A DNA stretch of 64,000 nucleotides from an uncultured Rivularia sp. (GTDB lineage Bacteria > Cyanobacteriota > Cyanobacteriia > Cyanobacteriales > Nostocaceae). Shown piece after piece: positions 53,827 to 64,000 of the stretch. Location of the stretch: positions 896,001 to 960,000 of the forward strand of contig OY762007.1 of NCBI GenBank assembly GCA_963665115.1, given 5' to 3'. The notes under the pieces were generated by a model that had not been told where the DNA came from, did not search any database, and saw only the letters and a program-made list of their open reading frames with translations. A program made the position numbers and the translations under genes. How positions within the stretch are numbered: the first letter of the stretch is position 1; each line of letters starts with the position of its first letter.

Positions 53827-53981
53827 ATGAAGTGGCGTGTAATTCTCGAACCAGATCCAGAAACCGCAGAATGGGCTATTTGGTGTCCCTGAGTTACCTG
53901 GTTGTGTATCAGCAGGAGAAACGCCCTGAAGTTGCTTTAGAAAATATTCGTGAAGCTATAGAGCTTTATCTTGAACCTTAA
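53827..53981 (+). pseudogene. HicB-like antitoxin fragment with two +1 shifts and an early stop
   Basis: SD AAGGAG; reads MKWRVILEPDPETAEWAIWCP/ELPGCVSAGETP/EVALENIREAIELYLEP* across two CCC slips. Confidence 0.75.
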
Positions 53982-54355
53982 TTCAAGCATCCCGCTACTT
54001 TGCTACATAAATTTTGAGGGGGAAATAAAGGCTCGTAGTTGTGCTTTAGCGCCTCTGAATTCCCAGATATGAAGCGAAGACGGCGCAACTACGAACGTAT
54101 CAAAATTAATTTGGCATTGGCATACTGTAATAAAATTGATTATCGTAACATCATGCTTGGTGCAGATATTCCAGAAACAGAATGGAAAACTTGAGTCTAC
54201 ATTTAAATCTAATTCTCAATAATCAAATACAATTTTTTTACTCCTTACTCCCCATTCCCTATTCCCCATTCCCTAATTATCTATAAAAAACTTAATATTA
54301 AGTCCCGCAATAAGCCAAAATTCTTATAGTGAAGAAGAAAATTGGTAAATTCAAC

Positions 54356-55330
54356 ATGGACATTAAAAACGGCTTTGTCGGTACCGTCGGAAACACCCCT
54401 TTGATTCGCTTGAACAGTTTTAGCGAGGAAACGGGATGCGAAATCTTAGCCAAAGCCGAATTTCTCAATCCCGGTGGCTCCGTCAAAGATAGAGCAGCAC
54501 TATATATTATTGAAGATGCCGAAGCAAAAGGTTTACTCAAACCAGGTGGCACTGTCGTCGAAGGAACTGCTGGTAATACAGGAATTGGCTTAGCACATAT
54601 CTGCAATGCCAAAGGTTACAAATGTTTAATTATTATTCCCGAAACTCAGTCACAGGAAAAAATGGACGCACTTGCAGCCTTGGGTGCGGAAGTTCGTCCA
54701 GTTCCTGCGGTGCCTTATAAAGACCCCAATAATTATGTAAAATTATCTGGTAGAGTTGCGTCCGAAATGGAAAACGCAATTTGGGCAAATCAATTTGATA
54801 ATTTAGCTAATCGTCAAGCCCATTACGAAACCACCGGCCCCGAAATTTGGGCGCAAACAGATGGTAAAGTTGATGGTTGGGTAGCTGCAACTGGTACGGG
54901 TGGTACTTTTGCTGGTGCATCAATGTTTCTCAAAGAGAAAAACAAAAACATAAAATGCGTTGTTGCAGATCCAATGGGCAGCGGACTTTACAGTTACATA
55001 AAAACAGGCGAAATTAATACAGAAGGTAGTTCCATCACCGAAGGCATTGGAAACAGCCGGATTACAGCCAATATGGAAAACGTACCCATTGATGATGCCA
55101 TCCAAATTGATGACAAAGAAGCATTGCGGGTAGTTTACCAACTTTTAAGAAAAGAAGGTTTATTAATGGGTGGTTCGACAGGAATCAATGTAGGAGCGGC
55201 GATCGCACTAGCCAAACAAATAGGACCAGGACATACAATTGTGACTATATTATGTGATAGCGGCGCTCGTTATCAATCGCGAATATTCAACTCAGAATGG
55301 TTAAAATCAAAAGGGCTGGAAATAAGTTAG
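54356..55330 (+). CDS. Cysteine synthase (PLP-dependent)
   Basis: VGNTPL, KAEFLNPGGSVKDRAA, EGTAGNTG and GTGGT. Confidence 0.93.
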   Translation: MDIKNGFVGTVGNTPLIRLNSFSEETGCEILAKAEFLNPGGSVKDRAALYIIEDAEAKGLLKPGGTVVEGTAGNTGIGLAHICNAKGYKCLIIIPETQSQEKMDALAALGAEVRPVPAVPYKDPNNYVKLSGRVASEMENAIWANQFDNLANRQAHYETTGPEIWAQTDGKVDGWVAATGTGGTFAGASMFLKEKNKNIKCVVADPMGSGLYSYIKTGEINTEGSSITEGIGNSRITANMENVPIDDAIQIDDKEALRVVYQLLRKEGLLMGGSTGINVGAAIALAKQIGPGHTIVTILCDSGARYQSRIFNSEWLKSKGLEIS

Positions 55331-55430
55331 GAGTTATTTAATTTTAGATTTTAGATTTTGGATTGGAATATACCGATTACCAATTACCCATTACCCATTA
55401 CCCATTACCAATTCCCAATTACCAAATAAT

Positions 55431-55715
55431 ATGAAATCCGTTCAAGTTTGCCAAAATCGTACTTGTAAAAAACAAGGTGCTGTTAAAGTATTAGCAGCTT
55501 TTAAAGAGAATCCTGTTTCTGAAGTAACGGTAATAAGTAGCAGTTGTCTGGGACAATGTGGTAATGGGCCAATGGTACTAATATTGCCAGAAAAAGTTTG
55601 GTATAGTAACGTTCGTCCCTCGGAAGTCCAAAAAGTGATAGAACAACATTTGTTGGGTGGTAAAAGAGTCGAACAAATGCTTTATCCTCAATTTCACTCC
55701 CAGGTTAATAATTAA
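55431..55715 (+). CDS. Thioredoxin-like [2Fe-2S] ferredoxin
   Basis: VCQNRTC...CLGQCGNGP...WY. Confidence 0.88.
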   Translation: MKSVQVCQNRTCKKQGAVKVLAAFKENPVSEVTVISSSCLGQCGNGPMVLILPEKVWYSNVRPSEVQKVIEQHLLGGKRVEQMLYPQFHSQVNN

Positions 55716-55949
55716 TTATTAGCCAAAAGGATTTTAGATTTTGCGGAAAGTTGAGTCAAAGAAGGTGCGCGGGTTCCCAACGTTGAGAGAAGTAGCGTTG
55801 AGGATGTAGATATTCTTCCCTTCAAACTTTTCCAGATGGATTTTGGATTAAATTATATAAAAATCTAAAATCATCAATTTAGTTCGCCGATTAACCCCTA
55901 AATTCATGGGGATAATCCAAAATCCAAAATTACATAGATGCATATAGAA

Positions 55950-56666
55950 ATGAATATTCAGCAACTACGCGAATCTTTGAAAATTAAATGGGTGAAATAC
56001 TACCATCAAAATCGTCCTTGGTTAGCAAAAATGCGAATTTGGGGAAATTATGATGGTTATCGTCGCCCTTCAAGCGGTTTTATCTTAGCAACTTTATCAG
56101 TTTTAGAACCGAAATTAGATGATTTTTTTCCTTTTATTCTGGAATTAAATAATAACCCAGATGAAATTATTGCTGCATTAGGTCTTAATTTTAACCCCGA
56201 CGAGCATTTACATTTAATAAAGCATTTAGATGAGCGTATAAGCAATGATAAAGTAAATCATAATATCGTTCAAGAAGAAGTTGTTTTCGATACATTTTGT
56301 GCGGAAAAAAGAGACGATACAGAAATTAAGCAACCCATATCTAATTCAACAGCAATTACTAAAATCGCATCAACATCAGAATTAGAATCAATAGAAAAAG
56401 AATTTCAAGCATTTTCAGAATTACTTCAAGAAAATCCACCTGAAAAATTTGCCGAACAAAGCATGATTGCTCAATTAGAAAGTGAAGATGAAGTATTATC
56501 TTTACTTACCATGTGTGATGAAACAAAAGAGCAAGACATAGAAGAAGAAACAGAAGAAGTTAAAAAAGCTTCCAGAAAAAAAGCATCAAGCCTTGCTTCC
56601 TGGATCGACGAATTTTGTCAAGGTACTGGTTGGGATAGGGAAGAAGCTATTTTTATTCCGTTCTAA
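55950..56666 (+). CDS. DUF5331-like conserved cyanobacterial protein
   Basis: LKIKWVKYY, RRPSSGFILATLSVLEP and ALGLNFNP; family name from memory. Confidence 0.7.
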   Translation: MNIQQLRESLKIKWVKYYHQNRPWLAKMRIWGNYDGYRRPSSGFILATLSVLEPKLDDFFPFILELNNNPDEIIAALGLNFNPDEHLHLIKHLDERISNDKVNHNIVQEEVVFDTFCAEKRDDTEIKQPISNSTAITKIASTSELESIEKEFQAFSELLQENPPEKFAEQSMIAQLESEDEVLSLLTMCDETKEQDIEEETEEVKKASRKKASSLASWIDEFCQGTGWDREEAIFIPF

Positions 56667-56836
56667 AACAGTGAGCAGTGAGCAGAGAAGGTGCGGGGAG
56701 CGCATATCCGTCGAGCATCTTGCTCGTTAGTATCGAGCGAGCAAGATGCCTCTCTTTCAGACACGCTGAGCCGCACGCTCCGCGTGAACGCTAACGCACT
56801 ACGAAAATTAATTGGAATGACTATAATTCTTAACTC

Positions 56837-57823
56837 CTAACTTTCAATCTTCGGGTATTCGTGAGAAACAAACGGAATTGACACGACTTCTCCTTCGGTT
56901 TCTCCTACTTTCACTTTTAAACCGACACTACCGGCTTTTGTGCGAATGTAGCCTAATCCGAAATAATTATTACCATCTTGAGTGTAGCTTGTAAGTTTTC
57001 CTACTTTTTCATCACCTGCTGTAATTACGGTTCCCAATTCAGCAGCACCATTTAAACGAATTCCCCACAAATTTTGTTTTACACCTTTATAAGTATTTAA
57101 TCTAGCAATGGTTTCTTGTCCGATATAGCAACCTTTATCAAAAGAAACTGTTTGCCATAAACCGACTTCTAAAGGATTATAATCATCGGTTAATTCGGTT
57201 TCTGGCTGCGGTCTTCCTTGTAATATTCGTAACATTTCCCAATCGTTATCTTGGATTTCAATTGCACCAGCTTCGATAATTTTTGACCAAATTTTTTCTT
57301 TATTATTTGCATTCAAAATTAAGGTATATCCAGGTGAAGCTAAACCACTACCTACAGCAATAATATTTTCTGTATCTCCTTCTAAATTAGGAATAGGGAT
57401 ATGGGAACCGTAAGATTTACCAATAATTTCGTCAGCACCTAATTTTTCTACAATAGCGTCGCTTTGAGAACCGATAATACTAAAAGTTACGGTTTCATCA
57501 GTTAAATCGGTTAATTTAACTTTATCGGCAAAGAAAATATATTTATCTAACCACTGAATGAGATACTCGCGACGATTGGGAGAAACCAGTAAAACTACTG
57601 CATCTTCGGTGACGTAAGCACTTGCTAAATCAATAGTGCGAGCAGTAGAAGTTACAAAAACTGTATCGCATCCCTGCCCAGGTTTGAGACTTTCAAAATC
57701 ATTTGTACTTTGATTGTGTAGAAAACGCAAACGATCGTTATCTGAAACCTTAATACGTCCCCAATGGCTGCGATTGTACACTACAACTTTTGTTTCTACC
57801 GTTTGGATAGCTGATACAGACAT
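56837..57823 (-). CDS. ygfZ: YgfZ/GcvT-like folate-binding protein
   Basis: Signature KGCYIGQETIAR; FLHNQSTND. Confidence 0.92.
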   Translation of the reverse strand: MSVSAIQTVETKVVVYNRSHWGRIKVSDNDRLRFLHNQSTNDFESLKPGQGCDTVFVTSTARTIDLASAYVTEDAVVLLVSPNRREYLIQWLDKYIFFADKVKLTDLTDETVTFSIIGSQSDAIVEKLGADEIIGKSYGSHIPIPNLEGDTENIIAVGSGLASPGYTLILNANNKEKIWSKIIEAGAIEIQDNDWEMLRILQGRPQPETELTDDYNPLEVGLWQTVSFDKGCYIGQETIARLNTYKGVKQNLWGIRLNGAAELGTVITAGDEKVGKLTSYTQDGNNYFGLGYIRTKAGSVGLKVKVGETEGEVVSIPFVSHEYPKIES

Positions 57824-58054
57824 AATAATTTTGGATTTTAGATTTATTGTAGAATAACTGATTTAAAAGCTTAAGAAATTTTATCAAATAATATTGTTTG
57901 ATTTTATTTGCATTAAAAAGTCTCCCCTTTCTTAATTTTTGGCAACATTATAGACAACTTGGATAAACATTACATAAATAAAAAAGAGCGAACCGTATTA
58001 CGATTCACCCTTTTTGAAAATTATATTTTACGCTCTTGAGAGCAGCAAACATGA

Positions 58055-59194
58055 CTAGATGTCATTTCTTGTATCCTTAATTTCTACTCTTGGAGCTTGT
58101 GTCTTGTACAAGTCAGCTTCCTTCTGATTCATCTCTAAATCTGTTTTAATTAGAACTTCCTCTTTTGCTACAGAAGGAGAGTTATTATCTTTAGCTGCAT
58201 TCTTCACGGATTTTGCCGCGTCTTGTGCTGAAGTCTTGACATTTTTACCGGCATGCTTAGCGGAATCAGCAGCATCTTTTGCAGAAGACTTTAGATCCTC
58301 ACCTGCTCTCTTAGCAGAATCAGCAGCATCTTTTGCAGAAGACTTTAGATCCTCACCTGCTCTCTTAGCAGATGATTTAGCATCATCAACCGCACCTTTT
58401 ACGGAGCTTGCAGCATCTTTCACAGCTGGCTTAACATCTTCTTTAACTTCATTTACCGCACCCTTGACGGAGCTTGCAGCATCTTTTACGGCTGGCTTAA
58501 CTTCCTCGACAGCTTCTTGAACCGAACCTGCTACACTTCTCATTGCAGGTTTAGCTTCTTCAGCCGCACCTTTCAAGGAATTTGCAGCGCTCTTGATGGC
58601 GGGCTTGGTTTCTTCAACCGTGCTTTGTACGGAGTTACTAATTTTTTGAACGGTAGGTTTTGCTTCTTCCGATACGTCTTGAACTGCTTTAACTACAGAA
58701 GGCTTAGACTCTTGAACTGTTTGCTTAACAGATTCTGCGGTATCAACTACAGCAGGCTTAGTTTGCTTAACAGTATCCTTCACTTCATCTACTACACCTT
58801 TGACAGAAGGCTTAGCTTCCTTAACTGTATCCTTAACTTCATCTACCACACCTTTAATAGAAGGCTTGACTTCCTCGGCTGTATCTTCTACCGCATTACC
58901 TACAGTGTTGATAGCATTACTTGCACTATCAGCTACAGTCTCAGCAGCACCAACAACACCTTCTACAGTTTTATCAACAGCTTCAGATGTACCTTTACCA
59001 GCCATAGCACCGGCTGCTGCACCAGCTACTGCACCGATAATTCCTTTTCTAGAACCTAGCAAACCACCAATTGCTGCACCAGCAACCGCAGCACCGATAC
59101 CGGAACCAGAATTAGATTCCTGTTGTTCTTGCTCTTCTTGAGTTAAATCTTTATTTTCTTCTTGGTTATCTAAAGGTTGTTTATTCTCATTCAT
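58055..59194 (-). CDS. LEA/apolipoprotein-like amphipathic repeat protein with a glycine zipper
   Basis: GAAVAGAAIGGLLG segment followed by ~18-aa KP-punctuated repeats. Confidence 0.7.
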   Translation of the reverse strand: MNENKQPLDNQEENKDLTQEEQEQQESNSGSGIGAAVAGAAIGGLLGSRKGIIGAVAGAAAGAMAGKGTSEAVDKTVEGVVGAAETVADSASNAINTVGNAVEDTAEEVKPSIKGVVDEVKDTVKEAKPSVKGVVDEVKDTVKQTKPAVVDTAESVKQTVQESKPSVVKAVQDVSEEAKPTVQKISNSVQSTVEETKPAIKSAANSLKGAAEEAKPAMRSVAGSVQEAVEEVKPAVKDAASSVKGAVNEVKEDVKPAVKDAASSVKGAVDDAKSSAKRAGEDLKSSAKDAADSAKRAGEDLKSSAKDAADSAKHAGKNVKTSAQDAAKSVKNAAKDNNSPSVAKEEVLIKTDLEMNQKEADLYKTQAPRVEIKDTRNDI

Positions 59195-59875
59195 AATAAT
59201 TTCCTCAGTATTTAATATTTAAACTGCCCAATCAATATCAATATAAAATTTGCAGTTCGTCGGATAATATAAATTTAACAATTGCAATTTAGTATTTACA
59301 GCCACTTTAGGGAGACATTACTAAATCATTTTTCAGTCGGAGGTTGGAGATTTAATTAAGTTTCTAACTCTAAAGAAATACTTGAGATATGTTTTTTATC
59401 TAATTAAATGCTAGCCCTGAAGAGCTTATATATAACTCACATGAGTGTAAGTCATATCTTGCACCAAAAGCGATAATCTGAAAATATGCGCGATCGCCCT
59501 TACCAAAAACCAATTTTTGACTTTTATAAAACCTGGTTTGTTTGCGTTTGTTGATAATCATAGAAAATGTCAGGTGTTGAGAAACTCAGTTTTTCCAAAA
59601 AAGCTGATTATTTATTCTTAAAAGTTATGCATTTCATTAAAAAAAACTATTTATAAGTGATACTTATTAAATACAAACTTATTACGAGAGATTCTATAAT
59701 TTTCAGCGATCGGTTGAGATAATTTTCAATAAGTATTGTTTTTAAAGCAACGATCGGATTATCTCCCCCTTCCCCGCTTTTATAAGCAGAATAATGGAGG
59801 AACTGAAAGTTTGTAAGTTTTATTTATAACAGCTACTCCCAACGCGCTTATCAGATTACCGATACAATATCTTCT

Positions 59876-60101
59876 CTCCCTACTCCCTACTCCCTACTCC
59901 CTACTCCCTACTCCCTACTCCCTACTCCCTACTCCCTACTCCCTACTCCCTACTCCCTACTCCCTACTCCCTACTCCCTACTCCCTACTCCCTACTCCCT
60001 ACTCCCTACTCCCTACTCCCTACTCCCTACTCCCTACTCCCTACTCCCTACTCCCTACTCCCCATTCCCTACTCCCTACTCCCTACTCCCCATTCCCTAC
60101 T
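59876..60101. repeat. Heptamer short tandem repeat (CCCTACT)n, about 30 copies (STRR-type)
   Basis: Directly visible; shorter heptamer runs occur in many intergenic regions (e.g. 15879-15925, 22980-23019, 32095-32145). Confidence 0.98.
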
Positions 60102-60582
60102 CTGGTAAACTAGCAAACATCTCCTCAACTACCCTTATAGCCTTCTTATCTAACAAATTCCATTCCACATCACCGCTTTCATCTATTAAACTAGTATCAA
60201 TATCAACTGTGTCATCACTGAGGGTGTATTCAACAAAACATACCTGATAACATAGCTCCCATAGATCCACATTTACTTGCTGCTCTTGACGCTGCAAGCA
60301 CAGATGATATCCTGGATGGGGCGTTGGTAGTTTCGCCAATGTTTCTCTTATTTGTGACCCTTGTTCGGGCATTGCGGTTTCGAGTTCTTGCACCAATTGA
60401 GTGACTATCGCTTTAGTTTCCTCACTCGTACCAGCAGCCCAAGTCAGCACATCATGATAAGTTCCCTTCCAGGAAGAATTGTCAAGTAGCTTGCGAACGT
60501 TATCAACAACGCGAATGAATGTTGGTTGCATCAGTAGTTCCGCCTGCTGCCATGCTATTGAGTTTGTTATTTTTGGTGGCAT
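60097..60582 (-). CDS. Conserved cyanobacterial hypothetical protein
   Basis: [34 protein letters not shown] and GDVEW..LD. Confidence 0.7.
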   Translation of the reverse strand: MPPKITNSIAWQQAELLMQPTFIRVVDNVRKLLDNSSWKGTYHDVLTWAAGTSEETKAIVTQLVQELETAMPEQGSQIRETLAKLPTPHPGYHLCLQRQEQQVNVDLWELCYQVCFVEYTLSDDTVDIDTSLIDESGDVEWNLLDKKAIRVVEEMFASLPE

Positions 60583-60746
60583 TGTTAATAAACAAAATTG
60601 TTGAAATCAATATTGACAATGTGTATTTATAAAATACTGGGATTTAAACGAGAATCTTTTTTTTCAAGATAGCGGATATGGTCGCAGTATATATGGAAAT
60701 ATTTAGTACGTCCCGCTTTAAGGGATGTTAACACTGGGGAGTGAAT

Positions 60747-62549
60747 ATGATAGGCAAGTTACTAGACTATCGTTATCAAATTATCAAGGTTCTTGCAACG
60801 GGTGGTTTTGGTGAGAATTATATTGCTGAGGATACCAAAAGACCGGGTAATCCGATTTGTGTTGTAAAGCATCTCAAACCAACCAGCACTGAGTCTAAAG
60901 TTTTTGATACCGCTAAACGTTTGTTTAAAAGTGAAGCTGAAACTCTAGAACAATTGGGCAATCATGACCAAATACCTAGATTATTGGCTTATTTTGTCGA
61001 AAATCAAAATTTTTATTTAGTACAAGAATTTATAGAAGGACATCCTCTGACTGATGAATTGGTTCCTGGAGAACGTTGGAATGAAAATCAAGTCATTCAA
61101 ATGTTAGTTTCAATTCTCTCTATTTTAGAATTTGTTCACAGTCAAGGTGTAATTCACCGGGATATTAAACCAGATAATATTATTCGTCGTTATAGTGATG
61201 GCAAATTAGTTTTAGTTGACTTTGGCGCTGTCAAGCAATTACGAGCTTCTTATGGTCATGGTTCGTTTCAAGGCATCGAAAACCCTTCTGCTACCGTAGC
61301 AATTGGGACTCCCGGCTATATGCCAACCGAACAAGGACAAGGAAGACCACGGCATAATAGCGATATTTATTCCTTGGGAATTATTGCCATTCAGGCCCTG
61401 ACTGGGGTTGCGCCGATGGATTTACAGGAAGATCCCTACACCGGAGAATTAATCTGGCAAAACTTAGTACCTGTAAGCCGCGAATTAGGAGATGTGCTTA
61501 ATACAATGGTGCGCTATCACTTTAAAGAGCGCTACCAAAATGCAAGCGATGCACTATACGCGATTGATTCATTTTCGCATGATTTGGTACCTCAACCATT
61601 TCCTCAACTGCGTACTCAATCTTCTCCATCTCAACATTCCCGTGTAATGACTATTGCGGTTGCGCCTTCTCAGAAGCGTCAGCCAACACAGGCAGTTCCT
61701 CAACACGAGATTCCTCGCGCTTCTAAAGGTCCAGATTTTTTACAAATATTAATATTACTCGGTTTAGTAGGTGGTGCTGCTTTTGCAACTCCTAGCGTAG
61801 TTAGAAATGTAAACAACTTTGCAAATAATTTTTCTGCGGCTCAAGCAAACTGTACGGCTACAATTGCCGCTAATTCTAACGTTCGTTCCGAGCCAAGTAC
61901 TTATACTAATAATAATATTGTAAAAAAAGTATCAAAAGACACTCAGTTTTTGGTAACAGGTAAAAGGACAAAAAAAGGTTGGGTAGAACTCAAAATTAAT
62001 GCGGTCGATTCCGCATGGGCGCATTCCAACGTGATTAAAAATGGAGACGAATGGATAACTTGTCTGCGAGATCAAAGTATTGCAGTTAAAACCGTAGATG
62101 GCAGCGGATTGATTGCAACACCAGTGCCCCAAGCGGAGCCAATTATTAAAAACGAAGAAACAATAAAACCAGTTGAAAACGCCAAACAAGACGATAAAGC
62201 TGTAGAAGAAGCCAAAGAAAAATACGAATCTGGAGACTTAAAAGGTGCGATCGCCATTTTAGAAACCCTTGCTCCCAACAATAACAGCGTCAAAGAAGCG
62301 CGGGAATTAATGACTCAATGGCAAAAAGACTGGGATAAAGCCGAAGGTTTCTTCAACGATGTAAATACAGCAATTTCTCAAGGAAAATGGGAAAAAGTCC
62401 AGGATTATCAAAAAAATCCCGATAAGTTACCAGATACTAAATACTGGCGAAAAAAAGTTGAACCCTTATTTCAGCAAGCCGCCGAAAATACCAAAAATAG
62501 TTTACCCAAAATAAAACCAGCAGAAGCCGAAGAAGAAAGTAGGGAGTAG
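60747..62549 (+). CDS. Pkn2-type Ser/Thr protein kinase with TM segment, SH3b-like and helical C-terminal regions
   Basis: GGFG, CVVK, IHRDIKPDN, DFG, GTPGY; then a TM segment and NVRSEP...GWVEL..AWAH. Confidence 0.92.
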   Translation: MIGKLLDYRYQIIKVLATGGFGENYIAEDTKRPGNPICVVKHLKPTSTESKVFDTAKRLFKSEAETLEQLGNHDQIPRLLAYFVENQNFYLVQEFIEGHPLTDELVPGERWNENQVIQMLVSILSILEFVHSQGVIHRDIKPDNIIRRYSDGKLVLVDFGAVKQLRASYGHGSFQGIENPSATVAIGTPGYMPTEQGQGRPRHNSDIYSLGIIAIQALTGVAPMDLQEDPYTGELIWQNLVPVSRELGDVLNTMVRYHFKERYQNASDALYAIDSFSHDLVPQPFPQLRTQSSPSQHSRVMTIAVAPSQKRQPTQAVPQHEIPRASKGPDFLQILILLGLVGGAAFATPSVVRNVNNFANNFSAAQANCTATIAANSNVRSEPSTYTNNNIVKKVSKDTQFLVTGKRTKKGWVELKINAVDSAWAHSNVIKNGDEWITCLRDQSIAVKTVDGSGLIATPVPQAEPIIKNEETIKPVENAKQDDKAVEEAKEKYESGDLKGAIAILETLAPNNNSVKEARELMTQWQKDWDKAEGFFNDVNTAISQGKWEKVQDYQKNPDKLPDTKYWRKKVEPLFQQAAENTKNSLPKIKPAEAEEESRE

Positions 62550-62650
62550 AGAGTTAGGAGTTAGGAGTTAGGAGTTGCAAGTAGCAAGTAGAGAATTAAA
62601 AGTTTAAATATCCCCTTGTCCCCTTGTCTCCCCCTCTCCCCCTCTCCCCA

Positions 62651-63256
62651 TCAATTACTAGGAATGGGTGGAAGAATCTCTTCCTGTGCGGGATTATTAT
62701 TTACAGTAGTCGGAGTATTCCGTATCAAATCGGCATCGTAAAAGTAAACGCGACTGCAATATTGAGTCGGACTAGAACAAGTTGCTTCAATCGCAACATT
62801 ACTCACATTGTTTACATCAACCGATACATTTGCCACTCTTGTAGGGCCAATAGTAATAGTTTCAGTTGGTCTTCCGTCCAAGAAAAGTTTAACCTGGACA
62901 CTGGGACTATTTACATTATTGTCGCGCATTCCAAAGCCCAAATTCAAAGTTTGAAATAGATCTTGAGCGCGATCGTCATCTGGTTGAATGTTACAAGTTA
63001 AAGCAGCCGAACGATAACCAGGGCCTAAATAAAATTTACTATTGTAAACCGCTCTACCAATAGAAACATTACGCTTCTCCCTGCGAGCGCTACCGATTCC
63101 GCTTTTAACACACTTGCCTTTCAACAAAGAAGTTGGACGTATTTTTTCTTGCTTTTGAGCAGTTGCTTCACCCAAAGGAAAAAGAGCGGGTAATATTACT
63201 GCAATTGGTAGAACAACCGAACTAATTAATTTCTTTTTTAGCATTGACATTGTCAT
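62651..63256 (-). CDS. Secreted beta-rich protein, possibly NPCBM-like
   Basis: Signal peptide ending ATA-Q; FGMRD, VKLFLDG and VDVNNV. Confidence 0.6.
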   Translation of the reverse strand: MTMSMLKKKLISSVVLPIAVILPALFPLGEATAQKQEKIRPTSLLKGKCVKSGIGSARREKRNVSIGRAVYNSKFYLGPGYRSAALTCNIQPDDDRAQDLFQTLNLGFGMRDNNVNSPSVQVKLFLDGRPTETITIGPTRVANVSVDVNNVSNVAIEATCSSPTQYCSRVYFYDADLIRNTPTTVNNNPAQEEILPPIPSN

Positions 63257-63596
63257 TAATAAATTTCATTCACATTTATGTGAGGCTCATCAAACAATTA
63301 TTTCGGTCAAAATAATGATACCTAATCGTTCCGAATTTTTTTGTATTACAAAATTAGAGATTGGGCATTGGGGATTGGGGATTGGGCATTGGTAATTGGG
63401 GATTGGTAATTGGGCATTGGTAATTGAGGATTGAGATATAAACCTAGATAATAATTCTCCCTCGCTGTGCGATAGTATACCAAATCAAAATTAATTTTAG
63501 TTTTTATCCCCCCTCTTCCCCATCCCCAAAACAAAAAAAAGAGGCACGGAAACCCGCACCCCTATAGTTGTTAAGGAAGACTATTTTTGAATGAAA

Positions 63597-64000
63597 TTAA
63601 TCAACTCTGACGCGGAAGCGAACAAATCCAAATTGTCCACCAGCAGGTAAAGTACCCAAATTGGTAAGTACCGCACCATCTGCTGGGGTACCATTGGTAC
63701 AAATATTTTGGAAATTCGCGGGTATTGGAGCTAAAGGTGAGGAGAAATTACCGTTATCTGCACCGTTACCTGCTCCATTTACGACAATGCTACCGTTTAC
63801 AAAGGTTGTACCGTCGGGAATCAAGTCACAAACTCTAACATTTTGCAATTCTTCTCCACCTTCGCTTAAGAAGTAGATGGTGTATTCTACGATGTCACCA
63901 CTTACTACGGGTGTTTCTAAGCGAGTAATACCTACTGGTGAAGATTGTGGCGATCGATTGAATACATTATCATCTTCATCGTTGGAATCATCTTCAAACT
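63597..64000 (-). CDS. C-terminus of a DUF11 (conserved repeat domain) surface protein (starts outside the window)
   Basis: Open frame from the window edge: SGDIVEYTIYFLSEGG...VCDLIPDGTTFV...FGFVRFRVRVD*. Confidence 0.8.
   Translation of the reverse strand, partial: FEDDSNDEDDNVFNRSPQSSPVGITRLETPVVSGDIVEYTIYFLSEGGEELQNVRVCDLIPDGTTFVNGSIVVNGAGNGADNGNFSSPLAPIPANFQNICTNGTPADGAVLTNLGTLPAGGQFGFVRFRVRVD

Noticed and set aside
58236..59141. Plus-strand ORFs (58236, 58517, 58800)
   Set aside because: Antisense shadows of the repetitive minus-strand gene

Overview
AT-rich chromosomal window from a filamentous, probably heterocyst-forming cyanobacterium (Nostocales). The basis is psbB-psbT, many HIP1 GCGATCGC sites, heptamer STRR runs, a PatA-type regulator, hps glycosyltransferases and a BDLP dynamin. 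Housekeeping and photosynthesis genes (pheT, psbB, psbT, rps1, cobW, ho1, glmM, cysteine synthase, ygfZ) alternate with several other modules. These are a hormogonium-polysaccharide cluster (hpsL-N-O-P-like), a biliverdin-type phytochrome relay, a tandem dynamin pair whose second member carries a C-terminal J-domain, a transporter-less SBP/vWA pair, and accessory or conflict-type genes (TerY-like vWA, NACHT-HEAT, signal-less PhoD-like phosphatase, orphan antitoxins, GNAT plus small partner). Intergenic DNA is dense with small repeats: GTAG-type REP-like hairpins, ~100-bp TA-flanked MITEs (one cleanly interrupts a gene), nested mini-elements and tandem amplifications. About ten +1 homopolymer frameshifts, including in essential pheT and rps1, look like sequencing errors. 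I saw no rRNA, tRNA, CRISPR array or transposase. All family assignments come from motif recognition by eye, without database searches.
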